Assembly (NCBI GenBank): GCA_964447755.1
Contig: CAYUTM010000002.1
Span: 8,992 to 41,448 of the forward strand
Length of the DNA stretch: 32,457 bases
Origin: an uncultured Gammaproteobacteria bacterium
GTDB taxonomy: Bacteria > Patescibacteriota > Patescibacteriia > Magasanikbacterales > GWA2-37-8
Direction of reading: 5' to 3'
Shown piece by piece: positions 24,462 through 32,457 of this stretch (position 1 is the first letter of the stretch; each line of letters starts with the position of its first letter). A model generated the notes under the pieces. The model was not told the origin of the DNA, ran no database searches, and saw nothing but the letters and a program-made list of their open reading frames with translations. Both the position numbers and the translations under genes were made by a program.

Positions 24462-24677
24462 ATGACCAAAAAAATTGACCAAACTTTGGGTACGGTATGT
24501 GGAACAGCTACAGTTGGGCCACGTGGTCAAATCGTTATTCCCAAAGATGCGCGCAGTAGGTTAAATTTAAAAAATGGAGACCAGTTTTTAGTTATTGAGC
24601 ATTTTGGTAAACTTATTTTTATACCAGAAAAAAACATGCGCGACATAATTAAAGAAATTACTAAACATTTATCTTAA
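24462..24677 (+). CDS. AbrB/SpoVT/MazE-family DNA-binding protein
   Basis: 71 aa. GQIVIPKDARSRLNLKNGDQFLV is the looped-hinge-helix signature. Confidence 0.7.
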   Translation: MTKKIDQTLGTVCGTATVGPRGQIVIPKDARSRLNLKNGDQFLVIEHFGKLIFIPEKNMRDIIKEITKHLS

Positions 24678-24687
24678 TTCCTATTTT

Positions 24688-26436
24688 ATGAAATTAGCAT
24701 TTATCAAAAAAAAGAAGTTTTATATCCCGTTTATTATCGTGCTTATCATTTTGTTTTTTGTATACCGTAGTTATAAAAAATCACACCAGCCCCCTACATA
24801 TGAAACCGTTGCGGTTTCACGCGGTAACTTAGTGCAAACAGTTCAGGCTACGGGAAAAATTGAAGCAGTGGATGATTTAGCGTTACGTTTTGAAATACCA
24901 GGAACTGTTGGGTCGGTAATGGTAAAGGACGGTCAATCTGTTAAACAAGGTACTGTTTTAGCTACCCTTAAGTTAGGTGAGCTTAACGCAGCTGTTTCTC
25001 AGGCAAAAGCAAATTTAGATAAACAATTAGCTGGCGCAACAAATGAAGATCGTCGTTATTATGAAGCAGCCATGACCTCAGCAAAAGTCTCGCTTGAACA
25101 GGCTAAAATTGACGCACAAAATAATGTTGCTACTGCCGAAGCAAACGTAGCTAGTGCTAAAAATAATTTAAAGTTAGCAGAGGGTGACGATCAGAGTCAG
25201 ATTGTGGTTCAGGCGTATCAAACAGCGCTTTCACGTTTAAGTGCAAGCATGACAAAGTTAGATGAAGCTCTTTCACAAGCTGATACTATTTTAGGAATGG
25301 ATAATACTATTGCTAATGGTGATATCAAAAATTATTTATCAATTACCGATCCGAATAAATTAGCTGCGGCTAAAGCGAGCTATTTGGAAACAAAACAAGC
25401 TAAAAATCAGGCTAAGCAACAAGTTTCAATTCTTAGCAATTCTAGTGCTCGTGCTGATGTGGATACTGCGCTTTTAACAACTGAAGATGCTCTTGCAAAA
25501 GCAAATATTCTTTTAGCAAATGTGGGTGAAACTCTTATAGCCACTCCTGCTATTGGTTCGCTTACGCAAACAAGTCTGGATGCTAAAAAAAGTGTTATCG
25601 ATGCCACACGGACTTCAGTAAATACAGAATATTCCAGTGTTATCACTCAAAAACAAGCTATTTCTAATGCTAAAAATAGCTTAACAACTTACACTATTGC
25701 TTATAGCAAGGCCTTGAATGATTTGGCTCAAGTACAGGCTAATGCGGATACTTCTATAAAATTAAAGCAGGCAATATACGATCAATCTTTGGCAACCTAC
25801 CAATCAAAAGTTAATCCACCGCGTGATGTGGATGTAGCTTCTTACCGTGCTGCTCTCGCGCAAGCAGTAGCTAGTAGAGATAGGGCTATTATTCGGGCTC
25901 CGATTGATGGCGTGATTGCTACTATTGCTAAAAAACCCGGTGAACTCGTTTCTTCAGTTGATTCGATGATGAGTATTTTATCTCCTCACTATGAAATCAA
26001 AGTTGATATTTCTGAAGTAGATGTACACAAAACAAAATTACAAGATACTGTTTCTGTAACGCTTGATGCGTTTGGTCAAGAAAATAAATTTTCAGGTAAA
26101 GTTTTACTCATTGATTCCGGTCCTACTATTATTCAAGACGTGGTTTATTATAAAGTACGCATTTCTTTAGATGATTCTACTTCAACTCTGGAGGTAAAAT
26201 CTGGAATGACGGCTAATATCACTATTACCACCAATCAAAAACAAAACGTTTTATTTGTACCAGCTCGAAGTGTTAAGGTTAATTCGGATGGTGAACGATA
26301 TGTTACGGTGCTTGAAAATGGTGTAGAACATGATTATGTGGTTAAAATTGGTTTACGAGCCGATGAAGGTAAGCAAGAAATTGTTGAGGGTGTAAACGAA
26401 GGTCAGCAGGTAGTTTTGAGTAAGAAAACAGCGTAA
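24688..26436 (+). CDS. HlyD/MacA-family periplasmic adaptor with very long coiled-coil
   Basis: 582 aa with an N-terminal TM segment. It has a lipoyl-like motif (GTVGSVMVKDGQSVKQGTVLATL ... RAPIDGVIATI) and about 300 aa of A/Q/K/N-rich helical region. Confidence 0.8.
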   Translation: MKLAFIKKKKFYIPFIIVLIILFFVYRSYKKSHQPPTYETVAVSRGNLVQTVQATGKIEAVDDLALRFEIPGTVGSVMVKDGQSVKQGTVLATLKLGELNAAVSQAKANLDKQLAGATNEDRRYYEAAMTSAKVSLEQAKIDAQNNVATAEANVASAKNNLKLAEGDDQSQIVVQAYQTALSRLSASMTKLDEALSQADTILGMDNTIANGDIKNYLSITDPNKLAAAKASYLETKQAKNQAKQQVSILSNSSARADVDTALLTTEDALAKANILLANVGETLIATPAIGSLTQTSLDAKKSVIDATRTSVNTEYSSVITQKQAISNAKNSLTTYTIAYSKALNDLAQVQANADTSIKLKQAIYDQSLATYQSKVNPPRDVDVASYRAALAQAVASRDRAIIRAPIDGVIATIAKKPGELVSSVDSMMSILSPHYEIKVDISEVDVHKTKLQDTVSVTLDAFGQENKFSGKVLLIDSGPTIIQDVVYYKVRISLDDSTSTLEVKSGMTANITITTNQKQNVLFVPARSVKVNSDGERYVTVLENGVEHDYVVKIGLRADEGKQEIVEGVNEGQQVVLSKKTA

Positions 26437-26449
26437 AAAATCATTTTTT

Positions 26450-27175
26450 ATGGCAACTCTTATTGAGATTAAAAATGTAGAAAAAAACTACGAAATTGCT
26501 GAGGTTGTTACACCTGTGTTAAAAGGTCTTAATTTTTCTATTCAAAAAGGGGAGTTTGTCTCTATAATGGGGCCAAGTGGTTCAGGAAAATCAACCTTAA
26601 TGCATATTTTGGGTTTTTTAGATGTGTTGAGTAGTGGTACGTATTTATTTGATGGCAAAGATGTAAGCACATTAACCGATGATGAGTTAGCGCTTATGCG
26701 CAATGAAAAAGTTGGATTTGTATTTCAGGCCTTTAATTTGCTAGCTCGTTCTAGTGCTTTAGAAAATGTGGCTTTACCGCTTTTGTATAGCAAAGTTCCT
26801 AAAGAAAACCGAAATAAAATAGCCAAAGATTTATTAGAAGCAGTTGGATTGTCGCACCGCTTAGAATATTCACCAAATAAATTGTCTGGAGGAGAAAAAC
26901 AACGTGTGGCTATTGCTCGTGCTTTGGTAAATAATCCTCAAATTATTTTTGCCGATGAGCCTACCGGTAATCTTGACTCAAAATCTGGTTTACAGGTGAT
27001 GAAAATTTTGCAAGGTTTAAACGATGATGGACATACCATTGTATTGGTTACACATGAGCGCTCTACTGCTGAACATGCTAAAAGAATTTTAGAAATGAAA
27101 GATGGGGTGCTTATTAAAGATGAAAAAGTTGTTCATCGACAAATTGCTAAAGATAAGGAAGAATTAAAAAAATAA
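26450..27175 (+). CDS. ABC transporter ATP-binding protein (MacB/LolD-type)
   Basis: Walker A GPSGSGKST, signature LSGGEKQRVAIARAL, Walker B IIFADEPTGNLD. Confidence 0.9.
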   Translation: MATLIEIKNVEKNYEIAEVVTPVLKGLNFSIQKGEFVSIMGPSGSGKSTLMHILGFLDVLSSGTYLFDGKDVSTLTDDELALMRNEKVGFVFQAFNLLARSSALENVALPLLYSKVPKENRNKIAKDLLEAVGLSHRLEYSPNKLSGGEKQRVAIARALVNNPQIIFADEPTGNLDSKSGLQVMKILQGLNDDGHTIVLVTHERSTAEHAKRILEMKDGVLIKDEKVVHRQIAKDKEELKK

Positions 27176-27224
27176 TTTTCTTAAAATAAAGAAGCCGACG
27201 ATTCTTTGAACAGTTGACTGTTCA

Positions 27225-27600
27225 TTAAATCGCCGGCCAGATGGCCTTCGTGATGGGGTTAGCCGTGCTCGTCCGCCAGGTCCTTGTAGAAAGCCTTGGC
27301 TTCCGGCAGGTTCGTGTGCCTGAACACATTCCCCATGAAACCGTCCATTTCTTCACGGATGAACTGGACCCTCCCGCCCTGCAGCGCCTTTCGGGCGGTG
27401 TCCTGCGCGGCCTGTGGGAGCTCAGCGATCGCGGCTTGGATCTTGCCACTCCTGAGGAGGTCGAGATACGTAGCCATCTCCTGCTCCAGAGCCTCAATGG
27501 TTCCGGGTCTGAAGAGCGGGTTGACGGTCGGTAGTTTGACTGTATTCATTGAATTGCTCCTTGATACGTCCTCACCGTGGAGGAACAAAATACTATAAGC
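27225..27600. other. Very GC-rich insert inside the efflux operon
   Basis: A hand count gives 44/60 G+C at 27361-27420. AT-rich flanks lie on both sides. Confidence 0.75.
27259..27549 (-). CDS. Orphan 96-aa helical protein encoded antisense to the efflux operon
   Basis: The ATG at 27549 is preceded by AAGGAG (8-nt spacing). There is strong G/C third-position bias in this frame. A TTAACA-17-TATAGT promoter lies upstream. I recognised no family. Confidence 0.6.
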   Translation of the reverse strand: MNTVKLPTVNPLFRPGTIEALEQEMATYLDLLRSGKIQAAIAELPQAAQDTARKALQGGRVQFIREEMDGFMGNVFRHTNLPEAKAFYKDLADEHG

Positions 27601-27619
27601 TACCCTACCACTCTTGTTA
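27591..27619 (-). promoter_or_regulatory. Sigma70-like promoter candidate (TTAACA-17-TATAGT on the minus strand)
   Basis: The reverse complement of 27614-27619 is TTAACA and that of 27591-27596 is TATAGT, with a 17-nt spacer. Confidence 0.45.
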
Positions 27620-27683
27620 ATAGTAAAAAGCCAATTTTCGGCTAAAATTAAAGCAAATAAACAGAAATATTGTTTATAGAGGT

Positions 27684-28922
27684 ATGAATTTCTTCGAAAA
27701 TATTAAAAATGCCTGGGAAATTTTGCGCCGTAATAAAATACGCTCTTTTTTAACCATGCTTGGCATTATCATTGGTGTTATGTCCATGATTGTCATCCTC
27801 TCTGTTGGCGCTGGAGCACAAAGCCTTATTTTAAATCAAGTTAAAAGTCTGGGTTCAAATTTAGTTGGGGTGCTTCCAGGAAAATCTGATGATAAAGGCC
27901 CGCCAGTTGCGGTATTTGGAGTAGTAATTACTTCGTTAACGTATGAAGATGGAAAAGCGCTAATGAATGGAGAATTTCCTGCAATAGAAGCAATGGCTGC
28001 CTATGTGCGAGGCGCAGATTTGGTAACCTGGCAAGAAAATAAGACGGACACAACATTTGTGGGAACTAATGCTGGTTATTTGGAAGTTGAAGACACTAAA
28101 GTTGCTCAGGGTCGTTTTTTTAGTGAAGATGAAGAGCGAAGCTTGAGTCGGGTAGTTGTAATTGGTAGTGATGTAGCCAAGAATTTATTTGGAGACAATT
28201 CAGCTCTTGGAGAAATTATTAAAATAAAAAAACAAAATTTTACGGTTGTTGGAGTAATGCGTTCACGTGGAGTGAGTGGTTTTCAAAATCAAGATAACCA
28301 AGTTTTTGTACCCATAACAACAGCTCAAAAATTGTTGCTCGGTATTAACCATGTAAGTTTTTTACGTGTTAAAATTGCTCGTGCCGATCAGGTAGATTCG
28401 GCAGTTGAGTATATTAAAAATACTTTACGTGATCGTCATAATATTTCTAATGCTGATAACGATGATTTTACTGTTCGTTCGACAAATGAAGGTTTGGATG
28501 TATTAACTTCTATTACTAATGCTCTACGTTTTTTCTTGGCGGCTATTGCAGCAGTATCATTGGTGGTGGGTGGAATTGGCATTATGAATATAATGTTAGC
28601 AGCTGTACAAGAGCGAACCAAAGAGATTGGTTTGCGTAAAGCACTTGGTGCCAGAAGCTCACAAATTACTCTTCAATTTTTAATAGAAACAATTTTTATT
28701 ACTTTTACAGGTGGTGTTATTGGTATTGGGCTCGGAATTATAATTTCAGTTGCGACTGCTAAAATTGCTCAATCGATGGAATATAGCTGGGACTTAGTTA
28801 TTTCTCCTCTTTCTATTATAGTTGGCTGCGGAGTTTCTGTTTTTATTGGCTTATTATTTGGTATTAACCCAGCACGCCGTGCTAGTTCACTTAGCCCTAT
28901 CGAAGCTTTGAGGTATGAATAA
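27684..28922 (+). CDS. ABC transporter permease, FtsX/MacB family
   Basis: 412 aa. N-terminal TM segment, a large extracytoplasmic domain, and a C-terminal FtsX 3-TM bundle (GGIGIMNIMLAAVQERTKEIGLRKALGA). Confidence 0.85.
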   Translation: MNFFENIKNAWEILRRNKIRSFLTMLGIIIGVMSMIVILSVGAGAQSLILNQVKSLGSNLVGVLPGKSDDKGPPVAVFGVVITSLTYEDGKALMNGEFPAIEAMAAYVRGADLVTWQENKTDTTFVGTNAGYLEVEDTKVAQGRFFSEDEERSLSRVVVIGSDVAKNLFGDNSALGEIIKIKKQNFTVVGVMRSRGVSGFQNQDNQVFVPITTAQKLLLGINHVSFLRVKIARADQVDSAVEYIKNTLRDRHNISNADNDDFTVRSTNEGLDVLTSITNALRFFLAAIAAVSLVVGGIGIMNIMLAAVQERTKEIGLRKALGARSSQITLQFLIETIFITFTGGVIGIGLGIIISVATAKIAQSMEYSWDLVISPLSIIVGCGVSVFIGLLFGINPARRASSLSPIEALRYE

Positions 28923-28947
28923 GTAAGCCTTGCACACACACAACATT

Positions 28948-30174
28948 ATGTTTTCCACATACTTACAACTAGTTTTTGATTCACTGAAAAGGCAAAAAAG
29001 CCGTACTGTTTTAACAATGCTCGCCATTAGTATCGGTATTGCTATTGTTATTGTAATTATGGCTGCGGGAAAAGGCATTGAACGGTTAATTATGGGTCAG
29101 CTTGATGTATATGGTGCGGATACTATTAGCATTACTGCTCGGCCACCAAATAAAAGTTCTGGTAGTGGAGATGTGGGCATTACCATTACAAGTTTAAAAG
29201 ATAAAGATATTCAACAAATTGAGCGTTTACCAAATATTAGTGCGGCTTATGGTTCAATTATAAGCCAAGAAGCAGTGAGTTATAATGGTCAGATTAAAAA
29301 AGTATTCGTAATGGGTGAGGGGGCTCGTGCTAGTGATATTGAAAAAATAACGTTTACTAGTGGCAATTTTTTTACACAAGATGACGAAAATTCTTTAAAT
29401 AATGTGGTTGTTTTGGGTTCTGCGGCAAAAGAAAAACTGTTTGGACAACAAGAAGCGGTTGGTCAAATAATGTATATACGCGGGAAAACATTTCGAGTGA
29501 TTGGAGTGTTGGCTCCGCGCGGTTCCGCACTTTTCTTTGATATGGACAACATTCTTATAATCCCCACCAAAACAATGCAAAAAAAATTACTTGGCATTGA
29601 TTATGTAAGTACAGTGAATGCTAAAATGAAAAACGCTTCCGAATCTATTCGCACTAAAGAAGATATAGTTGAAATTTTAAGAGAAAATCATTCTATTAGT
29701 GATCCAAATCGAGATGATTTTGAGGTAAGTACTATGGCTGAAGCGGCCGGTTTAATAGCCAATGTTGCCAGTGGAATTACCTTATTACTGGTTGCTTTGG
29801 TTGGTATTTCACTTGTTGTTGGTGGTGTTGGAATTATGAACATTATGTACGTTTCCGTAGCCGAAAGAACCTTTGAGATTGGTTTGCGCAAATCTCTTGG
29901 TGCCAAAAGAAAAGATATCGTATGGCAATTTTTATTAGAAGCAATAGTGATGACAGTGGGTGGGGGTATAATTGGAGTTCTGGTTGGGGCTTTGCTTGCA
30001 CTGGCTGTTTATGCACTAGCTGTTTCAAGCGGTTTTGCGTGGGTGTACGAAGTTACGTTGTCATCAATTGTTTTATCTGTTGGGTTTTCTGCAATTATTG
30101 GACTCGTTTTTGGACTATATCCAGCACGCAAGGCTTCGCTACTTAGCCCTATTGATGCCTTAAGAAGAGAGTAA
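28948..30174 (+). CDS. ABC transporter permease, FtsX/MacB family (second paralog)
   Basis: Same architecture (GGVGIMNIMYVSVAERTFEIGLRKSLGA). The ATG at 28948 is preferred over the TTG at 28930. Confidence 0.85.
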   Translation: MFSTYLQLVFDSLKRQKSRTVLTMLAISIGIAIVIVIMAAGKGIERLIMGQLDVYGADTISITARPPNKSSGSGDVGITITSLKDKDIQQIERLPNISAAYGSIISQEAVSYNGQIKKVFVMGEGARASDIEKITFTSGNFFTQDDENSLNNVVVLGSAAKEKLFGQQEAVGQIMYIRGKTFRVIGVLAPRGSALFFDMDNILIIPTKTMQKKLLGIDYVSTVNAKMKNASESIRTKEDIVEILRENHSISDPNRDDFEVSTMAEAAGLIANVASGITLLLVALVGISLVVGGVGIMNIMYVSVAERTFEIGLRKSLGAKRKDIVWQFLLEAIVMTVGGGIIGVLVGALLALAVYALAVSSGFAWVYEVTLSSIVLSVGFSAIIGLVFGLYPARKASLLSPIDALRRE

Positions 30175-30222
30175 AACCCTACCTCTTGCCCTAATAGTAC
30201 GGGAGTGTTAGATTTATTTCGT

Positions 30223-32013
30223 ATGACCGATACTCAAACAATCAAAGATCGCATAGACTTGGTGCAATTCATTCAAGAATATTTGCCTTTAAAAAAAACC
30301 GGGGCAAATTGGAAGGCAAATTGTCCGTTTCATCAAGAAAAATCTCCTTCTTTCATGGTGCATCCAGAAAAACAAATTTGGCATTGTTTTGGTTGTAGTA
30401 AGGGTGGTGATATTTTTACATTTGTTCAAGAAATGGAGGGGCTTGGTTTTCCCGAAACTTTAAAAATGTTGGCAGACCGTGCGGGTGTAAAAATTGATGT
30501 AAAAAATTCAGAGATAAAAAATAGTCAACGAAATAGATTGCTAGAAATAACTAAAAAAGCAGCATATTTTTTTCACAATTTTTTATTAGAAGTTCCAGCT
30601 AATAAACCTGCTCGAGATTATTTAGAACAACGTGGTTTAAAACCAGGAACAATTATAGATTGGCAGATTGGTTTTAGCCCAGATCAATGGGATCTTTTAA
30701 CAAAATATTTGGTAAAGCATGGATTTTTGATCAATGATTTGGTAGATGCTGGTTTAACTATAAAAAAACAGGATGAACATTCCGGATCTGTTCGATACTA
30801 CGATCGTTTCCGAGGTCGGATAATGTTTCCTTTAAGTGATGTGCATGGAAATGTAATTGGCTTTACTGGGCGCATATTGGTTGAAAAACCAGATACAGGG
30901 GGAAAATATATCAATTCGCCACAAACCATGCTCTATGATAAATCTAGAATGTTATATGGTTTGCATAAAGCAAAAACTAACATAAAGATACACAATAAAG
31001 TCTTGATTGTGGAAGGTCAAATGGATGTGGTAACGTCTCATCAAGAAGGGATGGGTTATGTGGTAGCAGCTTCAGGAACGGCCTTAACGGGCGAGCAAGT
31101 GCGACTATTAAAACGCTATACAACTGAAATTATAATGGCTTTTGACGGTGACAATGCGGGAGAAAATGCTGGTAAAAGGGGGATAGAGGTGGCTGTGGAA
31201 GAAGGAATGCATGTAAAGGTAGTTAAAATACCTGCTGGTTTGGGAAAGGATGCTGATGAGTGTATTAAAAAAGATAAAAAGAAATGGTTTGACTGTGTTG
31301 AACATGCGGTTGATAGTATGGATTGGTATTTTGATGTTGCCACGAATCATTTGAATAGTAACGATCCTCGAAGCAAACAAAAAGCGAGTGAGTTTTTGTT
31401 GGGGCACATTGCGCGAATACCTCATGTTGTTGAACAAGAGCATTGGTTGGAAAAATTAGCCCAACTTATTTTTATTGATGCTAGTATTCTTCGAGAAGAA
31501 CTAGTGAAAATTAGAAATAAGCCAAAACAACAGACCCATTACAATGACCGAAATAACAAAGCTGTGGTTTTAAAAAAGCCGGATGTAACAGATAGTTATA
31601 CATTTTTGGTGCAAATGTTTTGGTCGCTTTTGTGTAAATTTCCCACACTTTATGCTTCGTTTCAAAAAGATATACGGGCAGAGTATTTTGAGGAAACAAC
31701 CCTCAAGTCCCTTTACGAGATTTGGCAAAGGTACTATAATAAACCTGCGTTCACCATAAAAGACGTCTCTTTAGGCTTTTTACAGGCAAATCTTGAGGAT
31801 ATGACCGATTTTTTGCTTATGCTAGCCGACAAAGAATACGAGGAAATCACAAGTAAAGATGCAGCTGAGGAGCTTGCTAAACTACTTCAACGTATTAGTC
31901 TTGAATGGACCAAAAAGAGGCGTAAGTTTATTGAATTTTCACTGAAAAAATCGGAAAAAGAAAAAAATGTGACCGAAACAACGCGGCTTTTACATTATTT
32001 ACAATCTTTATAA
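30223..32013 (+). CDS. dnaG: DNA primase
   Basis: CHC2 zinc finger (CPFHQEKSPSFMV...WHCFGCSKGGD) and TOPRIM motifs (LIVEGQMDV, AFDGDNAG). The ATG at 30223 is preferred over the GTG at 30205. Confidence 0.9.
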   Translation: MTDTQTIKDRIDLVQFIQEYLPLKKTGANWKANCPFHQEKSPSFMVHPEKQIWHCFGCSKGGDIFTFVQEMEGLGFPETLKMLADRAGVKIDVKNSEIKNSQRNRLLEITKKAAYFFHNFLLEVPANKPARDYLEQRGLKPGTIIDWQIGFSPDQWDLLTKYLVKHGFLINDLVDAGLTIKKQDEHSGSVRYYDRFRGRIMFPLSDVHGNVIGFTGRILVEKPDTGGKYINSPQTMLYDKSRMLYGLHKAKTNIKIHNKVLIVEGQMDVVTSHQEGMGYVVAASGTALTGEQVRLLKRYTTEIIMAFDGDNAGENAGKRGIEVAVEEGMHVKVVKIPAGLGKDADECIKKDKKKWFDCVEHAVDSMDWYFDVATNHLNSNDPRSKQKASEFLLGHIARIPHVVEQEHWLEKLAQLIFIDASILREELVKIRNKPKQQTHYNDRNNKAVVLKKPDVTDSYTFLVQMFWSLLCKFPTLYASFQKDIRAEYFEETTLKSLYEIWQRYYNKPAFTIKDVSLGFLQANLEDMTDFLLMLADKEYEEITSKDAAEELAKLLQRISLEWTKKRRKFIEFSLKKSEKEKNVTETTRLLHYLQSL

Positions 32014-32032
32014 AAGCTTAATCCACTCTCCA

Positions 32033-32457
32033 TGCCTGCAAAAAAGACCTCTAAAAAACCTAGCAAGCATACTGTTTTAAAAAATAGTAAATCGCTAAAA
32101 AATAAACCCAAAACGCAAGCTTCCGTTAAGAAAAAAGTTTCTAAAAAAGTTGTTCCCAAAACTTCAGCGATTAAAAAAATAAAAAAAACTCCTAAGAGTT
32201 CGCTTGTTAAAAAAACCAAAAACACACCTGCTCAGGTGGTGCACCAACCTATTGTTGAGCCGACCCTAGAAGCTATCTGGGATCTCCTTATAAAAGGACG
32301 TAATCGTGGATTTATTACCGATATAGAACTAGATCGCGTTATGCCATTTCCAGAATATTACCTTGATTTACATGAAGGTTTTTTGGATTTAATCGACAAG
32401 CATGGGGTTTCACTTGTAGATAGTTCCACAGCACTACTTGGGGTTCACAAAGAGAGA
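32033..32457 (+). CDS. rpoD: RNA polymerase primary sigma factor, N-terminal part with lysine-rich extension (3' end outside the window)
   Basis: Open frame from the ATG at 32033 to the window edge. Classical dnaG-rpoD synteny. After a lysine-rich tail of about 65 aa, the segment GFITDIELDRVMP...LDLIDKHGVSLVD resembles the region 1.1/1.2 entry of sigma70 proteins. Confidence 0.6.

Noticed and set aside
27241-27598. The plus-strand ORFs 27241-27534 and 27296-27598, and the longer minus-strand start at 27588.
   Set aside because: They have no SD and poorer third-position bias. The minus-strand frame from the ATG at 27549 has an AAGGAG SD and a promoter. The upstream 13 codons of the 27588 start overlap the SD and leader.
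19290-27600. Simple metagenomic mis-assembly (chimera) as the explanation for the GC-rich segments.
   Set aside because: This is not fully excluded. It is disfavoured because the GC-rich stretches are short, are confined to coding sequence, and are flanked on both sides by AT-rich DNA. They also contain AT-rich intergenic promoters and terminators of the same style as the rest of the window. It needs a read-mapping check.

Overview
This is an AT-rich bacterial window. Hand counts give about 30% G+C in typical coding lines. Genes are small and tightly packed with many overlapping stops and starts. Gene content and style suggest a reduced-genome Patescibacteria/CPR-like organism; that is inference only.

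Layout:
- 1-14.2 kb: nucleotide-sugar and surface-glycan locus. It holds a UDP-xylose branch (ugd plus UXS), a rhamnose branch with a plant/virus-type NRS/ER enzyme, four tandem GT2 glycosyltransferases, a solitary rpmA and an FtsW/RodA gene.
- 14.2-16.9 kb: P-type cation ATPase.
- 16.9-22.9 kb: accessory region. It contains paired-cysteine small exported proteins, a MazG-like NTP pyrophosphatase, a 2.5-kb GC-rich island with three orphan genes, tRNA-Pro(GGG), and a GIY-YIG mini-cassette flanked by 37-bp direct repeats of the tRNA 5' half with GC-rich palindromic repeats.
- 22.9-24.4 kb: CCA-adding enzyme.
- 24.4-30.2 kb: AbrB-like regulator plus a MacAB-type efflux operon (adaptor, ATPase, two FtsX permeases). 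A very GC-rich antisense orphan gene splits this operon.
- 30.2-32.5 kb: dnaG-rpoD.

I recognised no rRNA, CRISPR array, integrase or transposase.

The most unusual signals are the GC-rich orphan genes wrapped in host-like AT-rich expression signals at two separate loci, the tRNA-Pro/GIY-YIG/repeat structure, and a conserved GC-stem hairpin placed between stop codon and terminator of two unrelated genes. All protein family calls come from motif recognition by eye. No database search was possible.
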